Assembly (NCBI RefSeq): GCF_006345805.1
Contig: NC_043010.1
Span: forward strand, 28,582,001 to 28,646,000
Direction of reading: 5' to 3'
Length of the DNA: 64,000 bases
Source of the DNA: Octopus sinensis
Lineage: Eukaryota
Below are positions 51,018 through 62,656 of this stretch, one piece after another. Each line of letters begins with the position of its first letter. The first letter of the stretch is position 1. Made by a program: the position numbers and the translations under genes. The notes beneath the pieces are model-generated. The model did not search any database, was not told the DNA's origin, and saw nothing but the letters and a program-made list of their open reading frames with translations.

Positions 51018-51312
51018 TATATATATATATGTATGTATATTTATATATTTATACATGTATGTATACTTTTTATCAAAGTCAATAAAATTTTCACAAACCG
51101 TTAATCAGAGTTCCACATTACCATTTGTTAGACAGTTTTGATTACAACTATCTGACAAATCGCAATATGAAACGTTGAGTAACAGTTTGTGAAAAATTTT
51201 TCAGCTTGAATAAAAAACATATTACTCTACCTTTGGTATTCAAGTACTGTTTTTTTTTTCCATCTTGTTTTGCATTTATGTGCTTACTTGTGCGTATATA
51301 TATAAATATATG

Positions 51313-51347
<35 letters not shown>

Positions 51348-51467
51348 GCATATATATATATATGGTAATCTATGGGTTTAGTTTTGTCTACTGAAACTGA
51401 TACATCATTTTGGGTATGCATTTGCACAGTGAGTAAATGATGAGAGTAATGAAGGACTTATTCAAAC

Positions 51468-51575
51468 AATCACCTGAAGAGGCGCATTTTGCACCTTGTA
51501 TATATGATAATGATTACTTGGCATCTCACCAACGTACGACTGGTGCAAAAATGTGTTGAAATAATTGTAGTAATT
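51468..51575 (+). ncRNA. Type I minimal hammerhead ribozyme-like motif (decayed, Penelope-like)
   Basis: CTGAAGA (51474-51480); helix II ggcgcattttgcacc / ggtgcaaaaatgtgtt; GAAA-T-AATT-GTA (51558-51569); helix I aatcac / gtaatt with one mismatch. Confidence 0.6.
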
Positions 51576-52119
51576 TTAAATAAAAAATGTCATTCATTTC
51601 TTTTTTTGTCATTTATCTAAATATGTATGTGTATACACACAACACTCATATAGATATGTACATACATATATTGGCATTAGGAAGGGCACCCAGCCATAGG
51701 AGCCGTGCCCAAACTGACAGTAGAGCATGATACAGTCCTTAGACCCATTGGATTGTGCCATACAGTCTAACTCATTCCAGCATGGAACATGGATGTTATA
51801 TAATACAATGTATATGCATGTATATATTTATGTATGTATATGTATAACCTGCTAGAAATAGTAGCTCAATCACCTGTCTAATTTAAATAACAAAAAATTA
51901 TTTAGATAGTGCTGTCCTGGATACCCCTAAAAATACAGCATCACCATGTTTCTTTGATCATATGGAATCTGCACAATCACAGCTGACATAGGGCTAAACA
52001 TCAGCTACACACTGTTATCACATACACAGAGTCAAATATACTCAACCATTGGGCAATTAATTGAATTGATATCCATGGCTCTCTCTCCCTCTCTCTCAAT
52101 CTATCTCTTTCTCAATATC

Positions 52120-52505
52120 TTTTACTTGTTTTAGTCATTTGGCTGTGGCCATGATGGGGCACCACCTTGAATTGTTTTAATTGAACAAATCAACTCCAGG
52201 CCTTTTTTTCTTTTTAAGCCTGCTACTTATTCTGTCAGTCACTTTTGCCAAACTGCTAAGTTGCAGGAACATAGACACACCAGCACCATTTGTCAAGCAG
52301 TGGTGGGGGACAAATACAGGCACAAAGACATACATGCATAAATACACACAAACACACACACATATATGTCTACCAAATCAACTCACAAGGCTTTGGTTGG
52401 CCCTGAGGCTATAATAGAAGTCTCTTGCCCAAGGTGCCATGCAGTGGGACTGAACCTGGAACCATGTGATTGAGAAGCAAGCTTCTTAACATACAGCCAT
52501 GCCTT
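52120..52505 (-). mobile_element. CORE-like SINE
   Basis: Homologous to 11745-12123. Confidence 0.78.
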
Positions 52506-52619
52506 TGCTTATATGTGTATGCCTGTGTACACCCAAGCCTGCATCTATATACATATATATATATATAATAGTACACACACACACACACACATGACAAAAA
52601 TAAATATGTACACAGACAT

Positions 52620-53400
52620 GACAGAAGTAAATTTATTTAAATCTGAAATTATATGTTCAAATTATTTATTAATTGTTATAATATGAATATTTGATATTTA
52701 GTAGACATGCCCTTTGCATTTTTCAATGCAAGAACCCTATTAGGCATGTTACTGATCAGATGACAAATATTCTCTTGCAGAATTTCTTGCCAAGTTTCAT
52801 GCAGTAATCTTAAAAGATCTGGCTTTGAAGATGCTTTCTAATTATTTTTATGATATGTCCTGTCCATTATGTCCCAGAGGTGTTCAATAGGGTTCATATC
52901 TAGTGATGAGCTTGGCCATGGCATCTTTTTAATGCCATTCTCATCCAACAAATCTTAACCTTCTTTAATCATTGCACCACTGGAGAAGATTGGAAGGAGC
53001 CCTTTCTGCAATATGGACACATATTTATCTGAGTTTATGTTTCCCTCACACTCCACCAGCTCTGGTCAACCATTGCTCCCTAGACCATCACAGAATAGCT
53101 GTTCTGGGACTGATATCAACTTGTTCTGCTATGCCCTGAGGCCTTGCAATGAGGGTTATCCTCCACATTTCTCTTAAAGAGAAGGATCCTGTTGGAGGGC
53201 CCTGGTTGATCTGGGAAAAATTATGTGGACTCCTTAACCTCTCCGGTGAATTTCACAATCACTCTATCAACTGTAGACTGTGGGATCCCAAGGTTTTCTC
53301 TGATTTTATGCTATGTCCACCTTCAGAATGACCCACAATACAGCCTCTTTGAAATTCAGACAGTTCCAAGGTTTCTTTTCTACATGGCATAATTAGTCAC
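52620..53400 (-). mobile_element. Tc1 (DD34E) remnant related to 18386-21249
   Basis: ELSEFQRGCIVGHSEGG, ECEGNINSDKYVSILQKGLLP, WPSSSLDMNPIEHLW. Confidence 0.78.
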
Positions 53401-54106
53401 ATATAAGAACCTGAAACATAAAAATGTCAATTAATAAAAAATATAAACCTTTACAAATTAAAATAAACATAAAACGATGTTTTATGGGGTGTCTATTTAT
53501 TTCTGTCATGTCTGTATATATAACCCATTGACTCCTGTTCGTTGCATTATTGCTTTTATACAGCTGACCATTTTTGCACCTGTTTCTCTCTATTTGTTGC
53601 TTTCCTCCCATTCTCTTGCCACCTTGCCTACATTCTCTGATTATTATTTTCTATTTACCTTCTTGGACATGTTATCTCGAGGGTATGTCACCACCTATCC
53701 ACCCATGTAAAATGCAAGGAAGCCATACATTTGTTTCTTCTACAACAATAAACCTGTTCTTGTTTTCCCTCTCACCTGCTCTCATAAAGCAACCATCCTA
53801 TATCCCATCCACCTTTTTATTTGAAGGAACTTATAGTCTCCTCAGTTACGAGATGACCTTCCTTGTGCTGATGCCATGAAAAAGCTCCCCACACTCTATG
53901 TAAAGAGGTAGATGTTGAAGAAGGTATCCAGCCATAAAAAATATGCCAGAACTGAGACACTGGAATAAGATGTCTTGCAGTCCATCGGATCTTGCATATA
54001 TATGTGTATGTGTTTATATATGTATATGTATATGTGTGTGTGTATGTGTATATTTTATATTTATATGCATGTATATGTCATGCATATAGATATATGTAGA
54101 CATTTT

Positions 54107-54153
<47 letters not shown>

Positions 54154-54769
54154 ATATGTGTGTGTATACATATATGTGTGTGTGTGTGTGTACATTATAT
54201 ATCTATATATGCATACCTATATTAACTTATATATGTGCGTATGTATATATATATATATGTTTTTTTTTTACTTTCTTGTTTCAGTCAGACAGTAGGCTTA
54301 ATGTTCTTTCTTTCTATATTGGCATGTATATATGTATACATGTGTGTGAAAGCACTTGGCCTAGTAGTTTGGCTATTTGGCCCATGATCGTCAAGTCATG
54401 AGTTTGATATCTGGCTGCATTTTTTGTTCTTGTGCAACACATTTTATTTCATGTTGCTCCAGTCCACTCAGCTGGCAAAAATGCTTAGTACCTGTATTTT
54501 AAAGAGCCAGTATTATTACATTGTGTGTCATGATGAACCTCCTCAGAACTCTGAGTATACAATGTTGAAGTGTGTTAAAAATTTGTTAATATTTAGTAAT
54601 GTTCATAAAGTTCACCTAGTGCTTTCATACGTTCTTAGTAATCATCAGATTGTAAAAAAAAATTTTTTTTAATAATAAAAAATGTGGAAACCTGACCATG
54701 TTGTAACTTAATTTAACTGATATATTTTTCTATAAACATTTACACAAATTCAGAAAAAAATACATATGC

Positions 54770-54802
<33 letters not shown>

Positions 54803-54807
<5 letters not shown>

Positions 54808-55071
54808 GTTATTGTGTCTGGGGAGGGTCATTTTCTTTTATTGTCTTATTAATCTAACACACTCACCAGTCTGATTTCCACTCATTTACTTATTATCTTT
54901 TACTAAAATTCTCGTTGCGACTTGCAACCTTTTCAATTTTGCAGCAAAAATTTTAGTGAAAAATACGTAAATGTGTGGAAATAAGTAAATAAGTGGAAAT
55001 CAGACCAGTGAGTGTGTTAAATTAATAAGGTACTAAAAGAGAAAGACCCTCCCCAGACACAATAAAATATG
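54803..55071. mobile_element. Foldback/MITE-like palindrome
   Basis: attgtgtctgggagggtc..cacactcacc..gatttccactcatttact mirrored by agtaaataagtggaaatc..gtgagtgtg..gaccctccccagacacaat. Confidence 0.75.
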
Positions 55072-55118
55072 CTTCAATACATGAATTCACATAAAGAATC
55101 TTGCAAACCATATATATA

Positions 55119-55150
<32 letters not shown>

Positions 55151-55152
<2 letters not shown>

Positions 55153-56532
55153 CATCATCATCATCATCATCATCATTTAGTGTCCGCTTTCCATGCTAGC
55201 ATGGGTTGGACGGTTCAACTGGGGTCTGTGAAGCCAGAAGGCTGCATCAGGCCCAGTCTGATCTGGCAGTGTTTCTACAGCTGGATGCCCTTCCTAACGC
55301 CAACCACTCCGTGAGTGTAGTGGGTGCTTTTTACGTGCGACCCGCACAGGTGCCAGACGGAGCTGGCAAACGGCCACGGACGGATGGTGCTTTTTATGTG
55401 CCACCGGCACGGGGGCCAGGCAAGGCTAGCAACGGCCACGAACAGATGGTGCTTTTTACGTGCCACCGGCATGGGGGCCAGGCGAGGCTGGCAACGGCCA
55501 CGAACGGATGGTGCTTTTTACGTGCCACTGGCACGAGGTCAGTCTGGGCGGCGCTGGCAACGGCCACGAATGGATGGTGCTTTTTACGTGCCACTGGCAC
55601 GAGGCCAGTCTGGGCGGCACTGGCAATGGCCACATTTGGATGGTTCTCTTACGTTCCACTGGCACTGGTAACTCAGCTGCAATTTCCATTGATCAATTTC
55701 GATTCTGATTCTAACTAGCCTCAACAGGTCTTCACAAGTAGAGTTTTGTGTCCCAAGAAGGGAAGGTGTGCATAAGTGGGTTGGCTACATCCCATGTAGA
55801 AGGCCATGGGTTATGGTCTCACTTGTCCTGCCGGGTCTTCTCGTGCACAGCATATTTCCAGAGGTCTCGGTCTCTAGCCATTTCCTCAGTGAGACCTAAA
55901 GTTCGAAGGTCGTGCTTCACCACCTCATCCCAGGTTTTCCTGGGTCTGCCTCTTCCACAGGTTCCCTCAACCGCTAGGGTGTGGCACTTTTTCACACAAC
56001 TATCTTCATCCATTCTCGCCACATGCCCATACCAGTGCAAACGTCTTTCTTGCACACCACATCTGATGCTTCTTAGGTCCAGCTTTTCAGTATGACTACT
56101 GACATTACACATCCATCGGAGCATACTGGCTTCATTTCTTGCGAGCTTACGCATATCCTCAGCAGTCACGGCCCATGTTTCACTGCCATGTAGCATGGCT
56201 GTTCGTACACACGCGTCATACAGTCTGCCTTTTACTCTGAGCGAGAGGCCTTTTGTCACCAGCAGAGGTAAGAGCTCTCTGAACTTTGCTCAAGCTATTC
56301 TTACTCTAGCAGTTACACTTTCAGCACACCCGCCCCCGCTGCTGACTTGGTCACCTAGGTAACGGAAGCTATCAACTATTTCTAGTTTTTCTCCCTGGAA
56401 AGTGACAGAAGTTGGTCTCAGAGCATTTTCAGTGTTTATTGTTCCTGAGCATCTGCCACATACAAAAACTATCTTCCTAGTTAGCCTTCCTTTGACATTG
56501 CTGCACCTCTTATGTGTCCATAGCTTACACTT
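55151..56532 (-). mobile_element. RTE LINE 3' portion with 6 UTR repeat units
   Basis: [37 protein letters not shown]; (GAT)n tail; TA arrays on both sides. Confidence 0.92.
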
Positions 56533-56580
56533 ATATATATATATATAATCAAAATAAGCAACAAGGATATCCAAGATGGA

Positions 56581-56666
56581 GTAGTACAATTGTTTCATGT
56601 TACTTCATTTTATTAAACACTGTAAGTATTACATCAGTTCTAAAACGTCGAGCAATCTTCAGCCAC
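56581..56666 (-). ncRNA. Hammerhead-like motif (decayed)
   Basis: Minus strand gtgg-CTGAAGA..GAAAC-AATT-GTA-ctac; helix II imperfect. Confidence 0.45.
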
Positions 56667-57658
56667 ATATAGAATTTTCCAATTAAACGGACAATGCACA
56701 TTCTTATCCCTATTTCATTTGCCAACATTACAAAGAGGGTAGATATATAGACAGAGAGATTAATTTCATTGTTAAGAACATGATGGTAGTATGTTCATTA
56801 CTCTATCTATAAATAGAAAAAATTCTTGTTTGTCTCCATTCAACCAAGAATAATAAAAAAAATCCTCCCCACTGATAGATCTAAATAACAAAGTGAACTC
56901 GATGATAAAATCTACAGAAGGAGAACTTTCTAATAATTTTTTTGAAGTACTTCAAGTTATATAACAAACACCAGCCTGATAATGACAAATTGTGTTCAAA
57001 ATTTGTTGAAACTCATCAACAATTTACTTCAACAGAAATGGTCACCAGTGTATTAATGCTAAGATGATTTTTTTTTGTTAATGTTTTAGCATTCAGATTA
57101 TTAATGATGTTAAGTATGTTGAGGCATTCATATACAAAGAATAGATGGGTGACCCCCAAGATTAACATATATATATATTCTTGTGTGATTTTAAGAGTGC
57201 TCTCAAACTATTAAAAATAACACTGACTAGTTTAAGCTGAAAAGCCCTCCTGGGCTTAATATATTTTTGGCTCAGAAGCCATGCAGTTTTCATAACCTAG
57301 GAATTATGAACAGTTTGAGGTATTTACTCATAGGAAGTACTTTATCTTAATGTAGGCTGTTTTTGGCAAGTTCAAATGTTAAAATGGGAAGTGTTTCAAC
57401 AATATAAATCAAACATAAGAATGAACATTTCTTTACATGAGTAATAAGGGAGAACCTACATGGTTGTCATAACTGCTAGAAATAGCAATCAAATTACATT
57501 GTACTGTCATAAAAGAGGGAAGATACATTTTATAGTATAATCCTACATATTCTTGAAAGAAGACATGATGGCATAGAGGGAATTCCTTTACTCACTCTTG
57601 ATGGGGACAATTACAAAAAACAACTTGTTTATACAGCAGGTAGATCTGTTTAGTGAAG

Positions 57659-57965
57659 GCACATGGCTCAGTGGTTAGAGCGTTGAGCTTACGATCATGA
57701 GGTTGTGAGTTCAAATCCCGAACCGGGCTGCGTGTTGTGTTCTTGAGCAAGACATTTTATTTCACATTGCTCCAGTTCACTCAGCTGTAGAAATGAGACG
57801 CAACGTCACAGGTGCCAAGCTGTATCTGCTGTTGCCTTTCTCTTGGATAACACTGGTGGCGTGGAGAGGGGAGGCCGGTATGCATGGGCGACTGCCCGGA
57901 CTTGTGCCTGGGAGGGTAACTTTCTAGATGCAATCCCACAGTCAGTCATGACCGAAGGGGGTCTC
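57659..57965 (+). mobile_element. tRNA-derived SINE (third family)
   Basis: A box tggctcagtggttag, B box gagttcaaatccc, CORE-like tcttgagcaagac, extended non-tRNA tail. Confidence 0.75.
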
Positions 57966-58088
57966 AAAACTCTATTTATAAATGTCAGTAGCATTTGGCC
58001 TGTAGGCTGCATATTATAATCTATATACTCACAAGTCAAAGTTGGAAAGTTGATTGTGCACCTACAACCCGGTGGATCATAGGAACAT

Positions 58089-58333
58089 CAGTGGTTCTCA
58101 ACTGGGGACCCTTGGTGGTCCATATAAGATTTTGTTAAAATTCATGTCCAATAAATTCTTTATACTTCTGCAATACACAAAATATCTTAATTTTTTTAAT
58201 ACAAATCCTAATAATATTTAATTATAAAAATACAGTAGGACTTTTTTTTATACATTGAATGACAATGAAGGTCCAGTAGAGTAAAATAGGGGATCAACAG
58301 GGCTCATAGGTAAAAATAGTTGAAAACTAATTG
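58089..58333. mobile_element. hAT-like MITE remnant
   Basis: Left TIR cagtggttctcaact, degenerate right match agttgaaaactaattg; no clear 8-bp TSD. Confidence 0.45.
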
Positions 58334-58547
58334 GTGTAGTGTATGTATAGGCCATATCCCCCATCTCTTTCTCTCATCTTACTCTCCATGGAGTGCTCCC
58401 ATCTCTCTCCAGCTGAAAATTGAACTCATCACTACAAGCTGATGAGATATTTGTCAATGTCATTGTGGTACCTGTATATAGCTAGATGGGATATACCATA
58501 CTAGGGTCAAGTGTCTATATATATTTTCTTTTCTTTTCTTTTCTTTT

Positions 58548-58744
58548 ATCTTTTACTTGTTTCAGTCATTTGACTGCAGCCATGCTGGAGCACCGCCTTT
58601 AGTTGAGCAAATCGACCCTGGGACTTATTCTTTGCAAGCCCACTACTTATTCTATCGGTCTCTTTTTGCCGAACCACTAAGTGACAGCATCGGTTGTCAA
58701 GCAATGCTAGTGGGACAAACGCAGACACACAAGCATACACACAT

Positions 58745-58813
<69 letters not shown>

Positions 58814-58965
58814 TACGACAGGCTTCTTTCAGTTTCCGTCTACCAAATCCACTCACAAGGCATTGGTCGGCCTGGGGCTATAGCAGAAGACACTTGTCCA
58901 AGATGCCACACAGTGGGACTGAACCCGGAACCATGTGGTTGGTTAGCAAGCTACTTACCACACAA
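58548..58965 (-). mobile_element. CORE-like SINE with internal (TA)n
   Basis: Best-preserved copy: tail tttacttgtttcagtcatttgactgcagccatgctggagcaccgcc, head aagctacttaccacac. Confidence 0.85.
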
Positions 58966-59334
58966 TATATCTTTTGAAAAGATTTGAAAATCTTTTTAGA
59001 TTATGGAATGCCCTGCGCTCTCATGTATCCATGTTTAAAATGCAATCAGATGAACAATGCTGGAGTTATAAGTGCACAAACAGACAGACAGAACAGGATG
59101 TATGTATTAGATAAAGATCCACATTTTCTTAAAATCATTAAGAGTAGATATACTTTTCTAGACACGCTATTGCATAGGCACACTAATTCATTAACCAATG
59201 CGCACCACTTGAGTAATATGGATCTGTATTAATTTCATTTATAGGGGTGGTGGGTATGAAGAATATATATATATATATTTATATGCACATACATGTATGT
59301 GTATATATATATAATTATAATTTTCTTTTGAAAA

Positions 59335-59764
59335 ACATAGATACATCTTCACTCAAGATGGGACTCTGGGCCACACATCCAAATTGACACAGTGGTGGTG
59401 CAAAGAGCATTTCAGTGGTTTTTGTGACAAGACAATATGGCCTCTCCCAAGTCCAGACATACTTTTCTATCTGGTCCATCTTAGAGAGTAATGCTCTCTA
59501 CTTGTTCCTATCCAAATGTGTCAGATCTGAAGAAAGCTCTTCTGTCTGCATGGGTCAAGTTTGGATGAAGTGGTGGTCAACACTCATTCATCTCAGTGAC
59601 CACTTATTTGCAGGCTATGACCAAGGTGAAAGGTGATCATTTTGAAATGTAATTACTGTAATGGATTGACAATTTACATTAATGTGTACCAAATTTCATT
59701 ATCCTACTGTACGTTTATTTTGAATAAAGAAATATCAATGGGTAAATCTTTCTGGAACATCCTG
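59335..59764 (+). mobile_element. maT-like transposon C-terminal remnant
   Basis: YIFTQDGTLGHTSK.., tggcctctcccaagtccaga..FSIWSILESN; end gaacatcctg-ta. Confidence 0.6.
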
Positions 59765-59945
59765 TATATATTATATTTGTGTGCATGAAAAATGATAATT
59801 TTATATTATGTTGTTGACATTTTTTGTCATTTATAATGTTGAGGACATTTTTTGAGTTTGTATGTATCAATGTATCTTCACTCATTCCACATAAATACCT
59901 ATCTATCTATCTATCTGTTTGTCTGTCTGTCTATCTATATATCTA

Positions 59946-60030
<85 letters not shown>

Positions 60031-60060
60031 TAAGGATGAAAAGGAACACACAAGTTGCTA

Positions 60061-60295
60061 TATATGGAAAAAAAGGTCAAGATAGAAAATGCTAAAATAA
60101 TTTTATAAAAAACATTTCAGTACCGATTTCAGTCATTGAGACTTTTTCAACTGTAACAATTAAATAATTAAATTTAGAAAAATAATTATTTAATTGTTAC
60201 AGTTGAAAAAGTCTCAATGACTGAAACCGGTACTGAAATGTTTTTTATAAAATTATTTTAGCATTTTCTATCTTGACTTTTTTTCCATATATATA
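60061..60295. mobile_element. Near-perfect 235-bp palindrome with a hammerhead-like motif in each arm
   Basis: Arms 60061-60170 and 60183-60295 with a 12-nt loop; right arm cag-TTGAAAA-agtc tcaat gact-GAAA-C CG G-TA-ctg (60200-60235). Confidence 0.8.
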
Positions 60296-61929
60296 TATAA
60301 GTGTGTATGTGTAAGAGGTAATGGTTGGAAGAAAACGAAGTGGTAGAATGGAGGAAAAAGAGAGAGAGAGAGAGAGAATAAAGATAGAAAAGATAGGCAG
60401 AGAGAAAATAACAGTGTTCACTAGAGTATCTAACATTAAGGAAGAGGAGAATAAAAAGAAAAGGAAAAAATAAGGAAGAGATACACACTAAGGCTGTACT
60501 TATAAATGCTGTTCTTAGGCTTTTATAACCACAATTCTAATAAACTATAATGCTTACAGGTTTTAATTAGTTTTGTAAATAATTAAGAATTGAACAGGAT
60601 TTAGTAAAATTAATTACTTTTTTTTTATTAAGTTGTTCAAAGGGAATGTTAATCATATTGATCTCAGCAATTTTGCAGGGGCTGAGGAGACCAGTTACAG
60701 CTCCTTCCTCTACTTACACCACTCAAAAAAAATATTTTGAAGCTAACAAGACATTTTACATGAAAATTATGAGGCAATGTTTTACTTTGATTGTAACTTC
60801 TTTAAAAGGAGAAGGCTTTTATGATAATCAGATGAGTTAGTTTCCTTGTCATGTATTTTATATTTTTTTCTAAGGAACAAGGAGTGGATAATATATATAT
60901 ATATATATATATATATGTCAACCTCAACAGGGATCTTCTTTGCCCATCTCTTTGCCAGCTTCTAGAGCCAGAGGTGGTTTTCACAGCTGAATGCTTTGCT
61001 TTAATATAGACCACTCAACCATGAAGTGGGATTGGTAAATATTTTCTTTCTTTTTTCAACTTCATTGATGAGGCAAGTGGAATTATTGCCTCCCCAAAAG
61101 ACACAGATTAATACCTTTGTCAAGTTTTGAATTCAACTCCTGCAGACCAGCACCATAGTCATTTCAGCCATTGTGCAGAATATACCCAATTCAGGTTGTT
61201 ATATTATTTATAAGTGCAAACATTGTATTAAATATTTCAGCATGGATAATTGTATATACTGTCTATAACATTTAAATATGATTTGAGCATTATATTTTAA
61301 ATGCAGCTTGCACTGTTAAGACATACCCTTCATCAGCTGTTGATTAGATATAACAATTTCAGCATCTATAAGCTACATCACTGCTTCAAGTATTAATGAG
61401 CAGTACTTGATGCTACCAGAGAATGTCTGAGTTATTTTGCTCCTCACTTCAGAATGGTCTATTCCCTTCCTCTTATCCATGCATCTACTAAAATCACTTT
61501 TAATAACTCCAATTGCTGAAAATGACAATATTTGGGGTCAAATTTCAAATTTTTACTGGCATGTCAATGGTAATGCTATCATCTAAATATCAAACTTATT
61601 TCTTTTTCTCTGGACAAAAGTTATAATTAACTATTTGCAACATAGAGATACAGTTAAGGTATGTTATACATTCACTGCAATATTGGTCCAGATACCAATA
61701 TTACTCGCAATACCAGAGGGCGCACACTCTCCTACCCTGATGTAATCTCCAGGGATACAGGCATCCAACAACAAGACTCCTGTAATGCTATGATGGACCA
61801 TAAAGTCTGGTGTAGCATGGTAAATTCCATTGTCTCGACCACGGTCAAACAATGATGATTGGTCCAGAATGTGGAATAAAATGTCGATCTGGTACTGCAT
61901 GTCTATTAATTGTTTCTGCATGTGTTTAC

Positions 61930-62656
61930 TTTACAAGTTGTGAAATTTGTGTTTTTGTGATCATGTGTATATTGTAGTCATGGACAGGAAGTTGGAACAA
62001 AGAGCAAACATGGAATTTTGCATTAAACTTGGGAAGTCTACTACAGATACATTGAGCATGCTTCGGCAAGCTTACTGCGACGAGTCCAAGGGTTGTAAGC
62101 AATGTTTCAAATGGCATGGGCACTTCAAAAGGTACAACAGAGCCACAACTCTGAGAGTATGCTCACTGTTTCTTCCAACATCCATGGTATTATGCATGGA
62201 GAATTCATCCCCCAGGGCCAGACCATCAATTGAAAGTTCCACTGCAACATTTTGAAGCATTTGAGGGAAGACATTTGGCAAAAGTGACTGGATCTATGGA
62301 GCACAAAGAATTGGATTCTTTATGATGACAGTGCACCCTGTCACTGAGTTATCCTCACTCAAGAGTTTCTTGCCAAAAACAACATGCTGTCACTTCCGCA
62401 CCTGTCCTATTTACCAGATTTAGCACCTGCAGCCTTCCATCTCTTCTTCAAGATGAAAATGCAACTCAAAGGTCACCGTTTTAGCACTTGCTTAAGAAAA
62501 TGACTTCTGGGCCAGATTCTGAAAGTGGCAGGAACACTGGGACCAGTTTATTGCTGCATAAGGTGACTATTTTGAGTGAGGTGACATAAAAACTTAGGTA
62601 AATAAGTTATTTTTCATTAAACATAACTAGTCTGGGAACTTTTTGATACTACCTTG
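61930..62656 (+). mobile_element. mariner (DD34D) remnant with internal deletion
   Basis: EQRANMEFCIKLGKS.., EFIPQGQTIN, DDSAPCH..YLPDLAPAAF (34-aa spacing, last D mutated); right TIR gggaactttttgatactaccttg-ta. Confidence 0.8.

Noticed and set aside
4350-56095. Antisense ORFs overlapping the LINEs (e.g. 4350-4559, 9646-9960, 19134-19397, 55748-56095) and 44591-45046 antisense to the ZNF gene
   Set aside because: Shadow frames of real or formerly real coding sequence on the opposite strand.
57659-57730. tRNA gene
   Set aside because: A and B boxes are present, but no clean cloverleaf was found and the sequence continues into a CORE-like SINE body.
27-59000. Dozens of Ile/Tyr/Met/Cys/Val-rich ORFs (e.g. 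2952-3443, 6726-7438, 13377-13890, 15070-15660, 49498-50363)
   Set aside because: They are translations of (TA)n/(TATG)n microsatellites, which lack stop codons in several frames.
61240-61345. Hammerhead from minus-strand CTGATGA at about 61330
   Set aside because: No convincing helix II or palindromic helix III; the CTGATGA may be chance or coding.
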